Shown here: positions 1 through 10,335 of the stretch, in pieces
Numbering within the stretch: position 1 is the stretch's first letter
Layout: the number at the start of each line of letters is the position of its first letter
NCBI GenBank assembly: GCA_964016885.1
Contig: OZ024746.1
Span: 96,100,001 to 96,164,000, forward strand
Source of the DNA: Eledone cirrhosa
Taxonomy: Eukaryota
Length of the DNA: 64,000 bases
Direction: 5' to 3'
Made by a program: the position numbers and the translations under genes
The notes under the pieces: model-generated
Databases searched by the model: none
Told to the model about the DNA's origin: nothing
What the model saw: the letters and a program-made list of their open reading frames with translations, nothing else

Positions 1-414
1 AATCTTGAATCTACCAAGATTTTAATGATGTTATTAATGATGTTTATTTTGAGAACAATATCTTAACACCAGTATGAGTGACTGGTTATGTCAGGTTTGA
101 ACAGAAAAAAGGGGAGAGAATTTGGGCCAGATATGACCATTTTAAATACTAAAGGGTTAATAAATACATAACATCTTTTTAGTGTTACTGTGAATAGGGT
201 AACAATTGTTACACTTTAACGTCCATTTTATTCTACTTTTTTTAACTTCTGTAATTCGTTGACATTTGAAATATTCTGACATATCAAAATCAACAAAAAT
301 CTTCTCTGTTTTTAAATAAATAAAATATCTGTTTAAATATTTACAGACATCGCCCAAACCACCACCTTTTCCCTTTAAGACATTTTTTCTTGATTTATGT
401 TGCAACCATAATAT

Positions 415-710
415 TGTGTGTGTGTATGCATGTATGTGTGTATGCATGTATGTGTGTATATGCATGTGTATGTGTGTGTATGCATGTGTGTGCATGCATG
501 TATGTGTGTGTATGCATGTGTGTGTGTGTGTGTATGCATGTGTGTGTGTATATATGTGTATGTGTGTGTATACATGTGTGTGTATGCATGTGTGTGTATG
601 CATGTGTGTGTGTATGCATGTGTCCGTATGCATGTTTATGTCTGTGTATGCATGTATGTATGTGTGTGTATGCATGTGTATGTATGTATGTGTGTGTGTA
701 TGTGTGCGTC
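415..710. repeat. (TG/TA/GCAT) compound microsatellite
   Basis: Directly visible. Source of the spurious HT/VC-rich ORFs. Confidence 0.95.
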
Positions 711-807
711 TATAATTTTAAAAGTGAGCAAAACAATATCTGTTGTATTGTTTAAAACTCTCTTGATCGCAATCCACCCATGCTTCTATGATACAAAACC
801 ACCAATA

Positions 808-1022
808 TTAACCCTTTAACATTTACAATACTCTATATTTACTATTCTATTTTCAAGTAGAGGCTTTATCTCACATAATTATCTCACATAATTTTTAATC
901 TATGAGATTTTGATATTATTTATTTTGAGAACAATACTTAGCAGCCAGTTATTCCCGGTTTGACCAGAAAGGGGTGAGATAATTCTTGCCGGATACGGCC
1001 ACTTTAAATGCTAAAGGGTTAA
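808..1022. mobile_element. ~210 bp piggyBac-like MITE (TTAA-CCCTTTAGCATTTA TIR), representative copy
   Basis: TTAA-CCC...GGG-TTAA termini with TIRs. Other copies at about 1-159, 11442-11658, 14454-14978 (split by RTE), 21679-21881, 24319-24531, 37250-37617, 38983-39167, 39373-42010 (split by LINE), 42502-42925 (pair), 49240-49688 (split by SINE), 51140-51318, 61371-61568. Confidence 0.8.
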
Positions 1023-1091
1023 AGTATTCCAATTTAAATTAAAAACTTCCAACATATGCATTCGAGAGTTTTATATTGAATAATAATAATA

Positions 1092-1475
1092 TGGAGGCAC
1101 ATGGCTTAGTGGTTAGAGCATTGGCCTTGCAATCGAAAGGTTGTGAGTTCAATTCTCAGACCGGGTGATCTGTTGTTTCCTTGAGCAAGACACTTTATTT
1201 CACATTGCTCCAGTTTACTCAGCTGTAGAAATGAGATGATAGGGACTGAAGGCCCTATCATTCCACGGCAAAGTGGTCGTGGAGGTGTCATGGCAAAAAA
1301 GCACCCAGCCCACACTGTAAAGTGGACGTGTAGGTGCCACGGAAAAAAAGCACCCAGCACTCACTGTAAATGAGGTTGGTGTTAGGAAGGGCATCCAGCT
1401 GTAGAAATCAAGCCAGAATCAGCTCCCGTCCCACCCTTGCAAGCAGGGAAAAGCGGATGTAAAATGACGATGATT
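1092..1475 (+). mobile_element. tRNA-derived SINE group B with RTE-derived 3' tail, full-length copy
   Basis: A box TGGCTTAGTGG, B box GAGTTCAATTC, central TCCTTGAGCAAGACACTTTATTTCACATTGCTCCAG, then GGTTGGTGTTAGGAAGGGCATCCAGCTGTAGAAA and a (GAT)n tail shared with RTE 3' UTRs. Other copies at 3725-4073 (-) and 30062-30315 (+). Confidence 0.85.
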
Positions 1476-2005
1476 CAATTTGTTTGCAAGCAAACAGTCT
1501 CATTACGCTATGTTTTTTAGATAACCATCACCATCCTTTTGTTTTAACAGTGACAAGAGAAATAATTGCCAATAATATTTGGGTTATTGCTCTTTCATAA
1601 TGTTATACTAAACAGGTGTGTCACACCATTATATCTATACAAAACGAGGGTAAAACCCAAGGTATTCACCAGGCATAATTCCAAACTACCATCAAGAGAC
1701 TACAATGAGACTCCATACACAAAGTTCCCATGACAGTTCATTTCAGTTCGTATGCCTAGAGTTTTCACCTAGTTCACTTTTACTTATGTGTATCTCTCTT
1801 CTGTCACTCACTAGAACTCTTAAGAATATATAGTATTCTCTGCATTTATGTATCTGCTATGTTAGAGCGAAAAACTAAACTTCCAACATAATTTTATATA
1901 AAATAAAGTTATGTTACAAATACCGTTTTAATAATAAAACAATGAGAAATAGTAGTAAATCCCTCCAAATTCTACATTAATTAAAAGATATTGTCTTTCA
2001 CAAGG

Positions 2006-2458
2006 CATCATCATCATCATTTTACGTCCGCTTTTCCCTGCTTGCAAGGGTTGGACAGGTCCTATTCAGCACAGCATCTCTCCACTTGCCACGGTCCTTC
2101 GACACCTCCTCGGTGAGCTTCAGCGATCTGAGGTCTGCTCTCACCACCTCCGCCCATGTTTTACGTGGTCTACCTCTACTGGGATTTCTTGGCACTTCTT
2201 TACCCAGCGATCATCTTCCATGTGCATCACATGTCCATACCATCTCAGCCTTCTCTCCTGCACACTACAACTTACCCCTCATATACGCAGTGTCTTTCTC
2301 AGCTCGTCTATACTTGGTCGTTCATGCACATTGACATTGCACATCCAACGGAGCATACTTGCTTCATTTCTCTTCAGCCATCGCATATCCTCTGCAGTTG
2401 CTGCCCATGTCTCACTACCATGCAGCATCGTGCATCTCACACAAGCATCATATAGATG
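2006..2458 (-). mobile_element. RTE-clade LINE 3' fragment (family 2)
   Basis: Minus strand encodes RPRKTWAEVVRADLRSLKLTEEVSKDRGKWRDAVLNR, then a short 3' UTR and (GAT)n. A related copy lies at 14640-14955. Confidence 0.8.
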
Positions 2459-2900
2459 GTCATGTTGCCAATAGACGGAAACACCTGCACCATATAATTT
2501 TCAATTTATCTTTATTGTTCGTTATTCATTTGTTTATCAAAGTTCTTTTGTTGCACAAATTTCTTCCGATGATTTGGTTAAGCTAACAACGTATTTAAAA
2601 TTGAGTGGCACTGCTTCAAGTGTTCAGCAATTTTTAGACAACTTAATCAGTGAAACAATTGTTAATACTGTAAATAAAACCCTTTTTTGTACTGTTGACC
2701 ATGTTATTCTTCACTCTTTCAATATTATTACTCCAAGATAAGCTTACATAGGAATGCAAGAGAACTCATAAACTCGCCACCTACACAAACTTCTTGTTGA
2801 GTCAAACAACACCGTACGCTAAACCTATCCACAATACGAAGTATTCAAAACCTCTACCTGGATTACCTATAACGATATTTTGTTATCCCTTATATATATG

Positions 2901-3168
2901 TAAGTATAAAGAAAGTGCTCAAACGCAGAAATGCTATAAAGAAAGCTTATAAAATAGGGTATTCACCCTATTTTATAAGCTTTCTTTATAGCATCAACCA
3001 CTGTCATAGTTCCTTAGCTTAAAGGTTAAAACATCTAACCGGTATCTGGAAGGTACGGGGTTCAATTCCTCAGTGGCCAATGGCAACTTCTTTTTCCATA
3101 TTTTAAGGGTCTTCATCCTATTTTATAACTTATCTTTATAGCATTTCTGTGCTTGAGTACTTTCTTAT
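2901..3168. mobile_element. Fold-back element with internal tRNA-like A/B boxes
   Basis: Perfect 30 bp hairpin 2931-2960/2965-2994. A box 3015-3025, B box 3059-3069. Right arm is repeated at about 3112-3167. Confidence 0.6.
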
Positions 3169-3187
3169 TATGTATGCATGTATGTAT

Positions 3188-3620
3188 GTCAGGTCACTCT
3201 CGAGTGCTACTGGTAACATGTAACCCAGTACAACCTCTCTCAGGGTCAGGTGGTCGGCGATTAAACTGGCAACCCCACCAAGCTCGCTTGGTAAGGAGGG
3301 GGGGATATTTGGACAACCTGTGGGATGAAATACAAGACTCGGTGAAGGGTGGAGGAACTCAGCAGAGTTAACGGCCATCCAAATAGTACTTTTCTTTTTT
3401 TTTTTTTTCCTCTGGGAGTGAAAGGCCCCCTGTTGTTGTCACAACAGTTTTCTAGGAGAGGGAAACTCTGAAAAAAAACCTGCAGCTTCGGAAGTATCCG
3501 ATGATGTTGACCAATTCTCCTTTTCGGGTAGTGTTTTCGATGCTCAGAGAGTGGGATTGGTCCAGTGCAAGGCCTTTCCCCACTTAAAAAACCTTCAAAG
3601 CACAGGCATTGCTTGTTTAG
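3188..3620 (+). mobile_element. RTE-type 5'UTR-derived non-autonomous element
   Basis: Clearly homologous to 30731-31140 (GTCAGGTCACT...AAACTGGCAACCCCACC...CTAGGAGA.GG.AAACTCTGA). Preceded by (ATGT)n. Confidence 0.6.
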
Positions 3621-4340
3621 GATCTGTTACAAGTTCGTGTGGCTGGCCATAGCCTAAAAGAACATTGAAATCTATCATCTGACAAGCAATTGCAATACTC
3701 AGAGTTTGCAGCCATCATGTGTGTCATCATCATCATCATCATCATCATCATTTTACGTCCGCTTTTCCCTGCTTGCAAGGGTGGGACGGGAACTGATTTT
3801 GGCTTGATTTCTACAGCTGGATGCCCTTCCTAACACCAACCTCATTTACAGTGAGTGCTGGGTGCTTTTTTCCGTGGCGCCTATATGACCACTTTGCAGT
3901 GGAATGATAGGGACCCCACTCCCTATCATCTCATTTCTACAGCTGAGTAAACTGGAGCAATGTGAAATAAAGTGTCTTGCTCAAGGAAACAACATATCAC
4001 CCGGTCTGAGAATTGAACTCACAACCTTTCGATTGCAAGCCCAATGCTCTAACCACTAGACCATGTGCCTCCATATGTATATATATATATACATATATAC
4101 ATGAAAGCTACAAAAAGATTCAACAAGAGAAACTTCTAGCTGTTTTGCATCTTCCCTCTTGTTTCCTTTGTTGTTTTATTTTTTTCCTTTTTTCTCTTTT
4201 TTTTAATTTATATTTTAGTTTTTTTTTTTTGCTTTCTTTTCTTTTTTATCACTTGTCTCACTAGCTCTTTTTGGTTACCAACAGTAAAGAGTACTTCGTA
4301 CTTCCCCTAGTCTGCCATGGCTTACTAGCTCTATTCGGAC

Positions 4341-4530
4341 GTTTTTCTACTTTTTGGCACAAGGCCAGCAATTATACCAGTGCATTACTGGTACTTTATT
4401 TTATCGACCCCTAAGGATGAAAGGCAAAGTTAACCTCGGCGGGATTTGAACTCAGAACGCAAAGGGCCATAACTAAGCTGCAAAGCATGGAACCTGACAC
4501 AACGCTCTACCAATACTGCCAAACCACCAT
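4341..4530 (-). mobile_element. tRNA-derived SINE group A (~185 bp), representative copy
   Basis: Sense strand has A box TGGCAGTAT(C/T)GG, B box GAGTTCAAATCC, core TTAACTTTGCCTTTCATCC...GGGGTCGATAAAATAAAGTACCAG, and in most copies an (ATT)n tail. About 20 copies, e.g. 10109-10293, 12670-12820, 16475-16659, 20688-20871, 22448-22628, 24872-25130, 38544-38730, 44586-44753, 48552-48697, 48918-49103, 49323-49500, 53507-53645, 54080-54256. Confidence 0.88.
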
Positions 4531-4799
4531 GAATGAATAAATAATATATATAATAGTTTATGACTGTAAGGTCACCCTGTACAATGTTGTATTTCCTGTC
4601 TTCTTCCTTTATATGATGTTTTATCTCCTCACCCACATGTTTTACAGAATGTTAACCAACAAGTTTCTATTTGTCCCATCACGTATTACTGCTGGTTTCA
4701 TTAACTCAACATAAACTTCACCTCACACTCTCATGCAACCAATTAGAAAAACTTGAGTTTATTCAGAAAGATTTCTTTCGCTTCCCTCACTCACCCACT

Positions 4800-4822
4800 C
4801 TTTCTCTCTCTGTCTCTCTCTG

Positions 4823-4854
<32 letters not shown>

Positions 4855-4910
4855 TCTTTCTCTTTCTTTCTCTCTCTCTTTCTCTCTTTCTCTTTCTTTC
4901 TCTCTCTCTT

Positions 4911-4941
<31 letters not shown>

Positions 4942-5114
4942 TTCTCTCTTTCTCTCTCTATCTCTCTCTCTCTCTTTCTCTCTTTCTCTCTTTCTCTCTC
5001 TCTCTCGTTCATAGACACACACATGCAACTTTGTATATAATGATGTATGTGTGTGTGCATATATGTGTATATATATATATATACACACATACAACTATAT
5101 ATATATATAATATA

Positions 5115-5149
<35 letters not shown>

Positions 5150-5250
5150 CACATACATATACACACACACACAACTATATTTACATATATATTTGTATGT
5201 GTATATATGTATATACATGTATATATATATGTTTGTATATATATATATAT
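4800..5250. repeat. (CT)n followed by (TA)n/(CA)n microsatellites
   Basis: Directly visible. Confidence 0.95.
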
Positions 5251-5252
5251 AT

Positions 5253-5597
5253 TGAAAGGATAACAAGGGCGATTGGTTACTCTTCATTACATTTATTGGT
5301 AGGTGACGCGCGTTTCGCCACTGATTAGCTGAAGGTTCGATCTATATACCATTTTAAAGGGTCCGTGGAGCTGCCGATTATTGAGTCGGGTAAGATCGAT
5401 ACAGATCGAACCTTGAGCTGATCAGTGGTGAAACACGTGTCACCAACCAATAAATGTAATGAAGGAGTAACCAATCGTCCTTGTTATCTTTTCACTATAA
5501 TACACTCACTCTAGCTCTACACCTCGACACAGAAGTGAACCTAAACATCGAGTGCTCACCCGGCTTAACCTACAGTAACTCCAAGTTACACTCCCGA
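5253..5597. mobile_element. Fold-back element in (TA)n, probable Penelope-like (PLE) pseudo-LTR remnant
   Basis: ~95 bp inverted arms 5253-5347/5399-5494 plus a one-sided extension. Arms carry GAAAC-(GCGC/ACGT)-GTC. Confidence 0.6.
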
Positions 5598-5610
5598 TAT
5601 ATATATATAT

Positions 5611-6372
5611 ATTAGAAATAAGAGGGATCAGATGTTGTTTACTCGAGAGAAGGCTACATTGGTATGGTCACGTGATGCGCATGAAAGACGACAGCTGTAT
5701 AACAAAGTGCAGGGCAATAAAGATAGATGGTAGCCACGGAGTAGGCAGACCCAGAAAAACCTGGGACGAGCTGATAAATTCCGACCTCACACACTTACAC
5801 CTCTCCAAGACAATGTCACTGGACCGAGACCTTTGGCGGTACTCAGTAACAGATAAGACCCGCGTTACCTAAATACAAAGTAAAACCTACTACAGTCAGT
5901 AGGCATCTCTAACAAAATACACCCCCATCCCACCACCCCCACCCCATCCACACCGCCCCTTTCAATGTAAAGTTATGTTGGTGCCACAAAATCCAGGCCG
6001 AAACAAATGAGATCGTGTAGGTGTCACGAAAAAAAAACACACAGTCCACGCTGTAATGTGACCGTGTAGGCAACACGGTAAAAACGTCCCAGTCCCACAC
6101 TGTAAATGTGGTTGGTGTTAGGAAGGGCATCCAGCTGTAGAAAACCTGCCAGACAGTCCACGCTGTAATGTGGCCGTGTAGTCAACACGGTAAAAACCTC
6201 CCAGACCCACACTGTAAATGTGGTTGGTGTTAGGAAGGGCATCCAACTGTAGAAAACCCGCCAGACAGTCCTATGCGAGCAAGACAACCACTCTTGCCTC
6301 AAGTGGGAAAACTCCCGTCCAAACCCATGCAAGCATGGAACACGGACGTTAAACGATGATGATGATGATGAT
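5611..6372 (+). mobile_element. RTE LINE family 1, 3' fragment
   Basis: Encodes MRMKDDSCITKCRAIKIDGSHGVGRPRKTWDELINSDL. 3' UTR has an internal ~120 bp duplication and a (GAT)n tail. Confidence 0.9.
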
Positions 6373-6420
6373 ATGTATATATATGTGTGTATATATATAT
6401 ATATATTTATTTATATATAT

Positions 6421-8726
6421 CATCATCATCATCATCATCAACGTTTAACGTCCGTGTTCCACGCTTGCATGGGTTTGGACGGGGGTAGTCCCACTTGAGG
6501 CAAGAGTGATTGTCTTGCTCGCATAGGACTGTCTGGCAGGTTTTCTACAGTTGGATGCCCTTCCTAACACCAACCACATTTACAGTGTGGGTCTGGGAGG
6601 TTTTTACCGTGTTGCCTACACGGCCACATTACAGCGTGGACTGTGTGTTTTTTTGTCGTGACACCTACACGATCTCATTTGTTTCGGCCTGGATGGCGCG
6701 GCACCAACATAACTTTACATAGAACGGGGTGGTGTGGATGGGGTGGGGGTGGTGGTGGTGGGACGGGGTGTATTTTGTTAGAGATGCCTACTGGCTGGAG
6801 TAGGTTTTACTATATATTTAGGTAAGGCGGGTCTTCTCTGTTACTGAGTACCGCCAAAGGTCTCGGTCCAGTGACATTGTCTTGGAGAGGTGTAAGTGTG
6901 TGATGTCGGAGTTTATCAGCTCGTCCCAGGTTTTTCTAGGTCTGCCTATTCCGTGACTACCGTCTATCTTTATTGCCCTGCACTTTGTTATACAGCTATC
7001 GACTTTCATGCGCATCACGTGTCCATACCAACGTAGCCTTCTCTCGAGTAAACAACATCTGATCCCTCTTATCTCTAATTTTTTCCTTAGTTCGTTTATG
7101 CTTTGCCGTTCACGTATATTACTGTTTCACGTCCAGCGGAGCATGCAAGCTTCGTTCCTCTCTAGTCTGCGTATATCCTCTGCACACAATGCCCAGGTCT
7201 CACTGCCATGCAGCATTGCTGTTCGTATGCAGGCATCGTACAACCTGCCTTTCATTTTTAGGGAGAACCCTTTAGCAGCTAATAGTGGTATAAGCTCTCT
7301 GAACTTTTTCCAACCAGTTCTGACTCTAGCTACAGTACTTTCAGAGCACCCTCCCCCACTGCTGATTTTATCGCCCAGGTAACGGAAGCTGTCCACTATT
7401 TCTATAGAACCCTCTGCGCAATTGAAAGAGCTAGTATTTTGTGGGCACTTGCTGCTACTTATTGCACCAGAACACCGGCCACATGTAAAATCTATGTTCT
7501 TAGTTAGCTTACCTGTGATCCCACTACATCTTTTATGCACCCATACTTTGCATTTAGGACATAAAATGGAGTTTCTACCTACGCCTTTCCTACACACCGA
7601 GCACGACCATTTCCCAGAAGGGATCGCCGCCTTGTTTTCTTTCCTACAAACTAGAACTTTGGTCTTAGCCAGGTTAATTTTAAGTCCTTTTGACTCTAGG
7701 CCGTGCTTCCATGTTTGGAATTTCTTCTCTAGCTCGGCCATTGATTCCGCTATGAGTGTCAGGTCGTCTGCGTATAGGAGTTCCCATGGGCAGCCTGTCT
7801 TGAACTCCTCTGTTATAGCCTGAAGGGCAATAATAAATAGTAGGGGGCTGAGAACAGAGCCCTGATGGACGCCAACTTTTACGCTAAACTCTTCACTATA
7901 TTCGTTGTTAATTCTAACCTTGCTGACTGTTTCTTTATACATGGCTTGTATAGCCCTCACAAGCCATTCGTCAACGCCTAGTTTTCTAAGAGCCCACCAG
8001 ATAATGGAGCGGGGGACTCTGTCGAAGGCTTTCTCCAAGTCGACAAAAGCTAAGTAGAGGGGTTTACCTTTAGCTAGGTACTTCTCCTGTAGTTGTCGTA
8101 CTATGAAAAGAGCGTCTGTGGTACTTTTGCCTGACACAAACCCGAACTGCATTTCATCTAGGTCAATTCTCTCTCTGATTAGTTGCGCTATTACTTTTTC
8201 CGTGACCTTCATGACCTGGTCGATTAATTTAATGCCTCTATAGTTACTCCTATCTAGGGCGTCTCCTTTACCCTTATAACAGTTAACGATGATGCTGCTA
8301 TGCCAGTCCTTCGGAACAACCCCATTCTGTACGACTTGGTTAACTATGCGGGTGACCATGGTGTGTCCCACCGTGCCAGATGCCTTCAGCATCTCAGCAA
8401 CTATTTCCGAAGGCCCAGCCGCCTTACCCGTCTTCATATCCTTGATTGCCTTACTTATTATACTCCCCTCGACTAACACTGCTGGTCCCTCTATTGGGTC
8501 GATATGGGGGAGACTGTCTTTCTCCCATTTATTCTCCTCATTTAGTAGCCTTTCATAGTGACACTTCCAAGCTACCTTCTTATCAGCGTCGGTAATGGCA
8601 AGTGTGCCATCGTCGTTTAGTACACACTTCTCCCCGACAATATCACGGTTTTCCTTGACGCATTGCCTAGCAATCCTGAACACCTCACGTTTTTGGTCAT
8701 CGCGTTGTAGAACATGCTTGAACTTT
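6421..8726 (-). mobile_element. RTE LINE family 1, 5'-truncated, RT domain nearly intact
   Basis: 518 aa ORF 7127-8683 with QFGF, FVDLEKAFD, GVHQGSVLSPLLF, YADD and FRYLG. TGC>TGA nonsense at 7127 relative to the 33 kb copy. (GAT)n tail at 6421. No endonuclease domain present. Confidence 0.95.
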
Positions 8727-8744
8727 ATTTATATATATATATAT

Positions 8745-8931
8745 AACGGAGGAGAGGTGGTAAGGAACCAGGTGGACCATAACGCACCAAAGTACTCAAT
8801 ACTTAGGGTAGTAGAGTGGGTAATAGGAACGAGTAGGACCCCGACGGCTGAGCTCAAGCGGTTTCGACGGCTAATTCTGGACTAATTCGAAATGGCTTGA
8901 GCTCAGTCGTCGGGGTCCTACTCGTTCCTAT
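8745..8931. mobile_element. Fold-back element in (TA)n with hammerhead stem III remnant (PLE-like)
   Basis: 45 bp arms 8823-8867/8887-8931. Arm consensus GAAACGGCT-TGAGCTC-AGCCGTC-GGGG. Confidence 0.65.
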
Positions 8932-9037
8932 ATATATATATATATATATATATTTATTTATATATATATATATATATTTTTACACACACACATAAAACTA
9001 TCTATATTCCTTTACCTTTTCTACGGAAATACATAAC

Positions 9038-9093
<56 letters not shown>

Positions 9094-9272
9094 TTATCGT
9101 TTAACGTCTATCTTCCACGCTAGTATGGGTTTAGAAGGGATTGTCCCACGTGAGGCAAGATTAGTTGTCTTGCTCGTATAGGACTGTCTGGCAGGTTTTC
9201 TACAGCTGGATGTATATATATATATGTATATATAAAAACACATGCCCACGTTACTACTATATATATATATAT

Positions 9273-9695
9273 ATATATTAGTAAAAAGGAAAAGAAAATG
9301 CTGACAAATTTTTCCCAGTGAAAAATAGTTTAATTAGGAATAAATATAAATTAGTAATTAGTATTGGTTAGTATTCAGTTTTAGTTTTAAGTTTTTACCG
9401 GTTGCGCATTTCTAATGCTTTTCAAAAATAATTTTGAAATAGAGCGCTCGTGATGTTTGCTCTATTCAGAATAGAACAAAAATCACGAGCGCTCTATCTC
9501 AAAATTATTTTTGAAAAGCATTAGAAATGCTCAACCGGTAAAAACTTAAAACTAAAACTGAATACTAACCAATACTTATTAGTAATTTATACTTATTCCT
9601 AATTAAACTATTTTTCACTGGGAAAAATTTGTCAGCATTTTCTTTTCCTTTTTACTAATATATACAACTCGTGTGTCGCACCTCTATTTTTTTTT

Positions 9696-9699
<4 letters not shown>
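9273..9699. mobile_element. ~390 bp near-perfect palindrome in (TA)n, PLE-like
   Basis: Arms 9273-9467/9469-9663 with a 1 nt centre. One-sided extension 9665-9699. Confidence 0.7.
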
Positions 9700-9734
<35 letters not shown>

Positions 9735-10293
9735 AACATCATTATAATCTAGGGAATTAACTAAGGAATCTGAAAAACAAGTTCAGTGTAAGACCCTGAA
9801 AAAAAAAGGCTATTTAAAAACTTAATATATATCAATCATCATCATCTCTATTTTGTATGCTTACATATGTTAAGTAGATTGTCATGTTGTGAGATTAGAC
9901 ATATCAAATGACTGTGTCACACTTATGTGTTCATTTTCTACAGCTTTCTACCAACCTGGTACAGCTGCTAAAAACTGACAGGGTGGACTGGCTGCCTTTA
10001 TCATGGTACCAGCAGTACCACTTGGGTTTGAGACAATAACTGTCACCAAAGTGGTAGTGCTGGTGCCATGTTGTTTGATATCACTGGAACAGGTTGCTCA
10101 TGAAATTAATTGTTTCTACTTTTGGCACAAGGCCAGCAATTATCCCAGTGTATTACTGGTACTTTATTTTATCGACACCCGTAAGGATGAAAGGCAAAGT
10201 TAACCTCGGCGGGATTTGAACTCAATTCGCAAAGGGACGTAACTGTGCTGCAATGCATGGCGTCAGACCCTCTACCGATACTGCCAATCCACC

Positions 10294-10330
<37 letters not shown>

Positions 10331-10335
<5 letters not shown>

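Noticed and set aside
157-819. Long His/Thr, Val/Cys and Tyr/Ile-rich ORFs here and at 4671-5287, 10757-11180, 30370-32929, 34909-35699, 58049-58782
   Set aside because: They are translations of dinucleotide and tetranucleotide microsatellites, open in several frames, with no splice or domain evidence.
3003-3085. Functional tRNA gene (also SINE heads with A/B boxes)
   Set aside because: I could not build a full cloverleaf with acceptor and anticodon stems. The A/B boxes belong to repeats.
6421-8726. Active autonomous LINE
   Set aside because: 5'-truncated with no endonuclease domain, and has a nonsense codon at 7127. All other copies have frameshifts or deletions.
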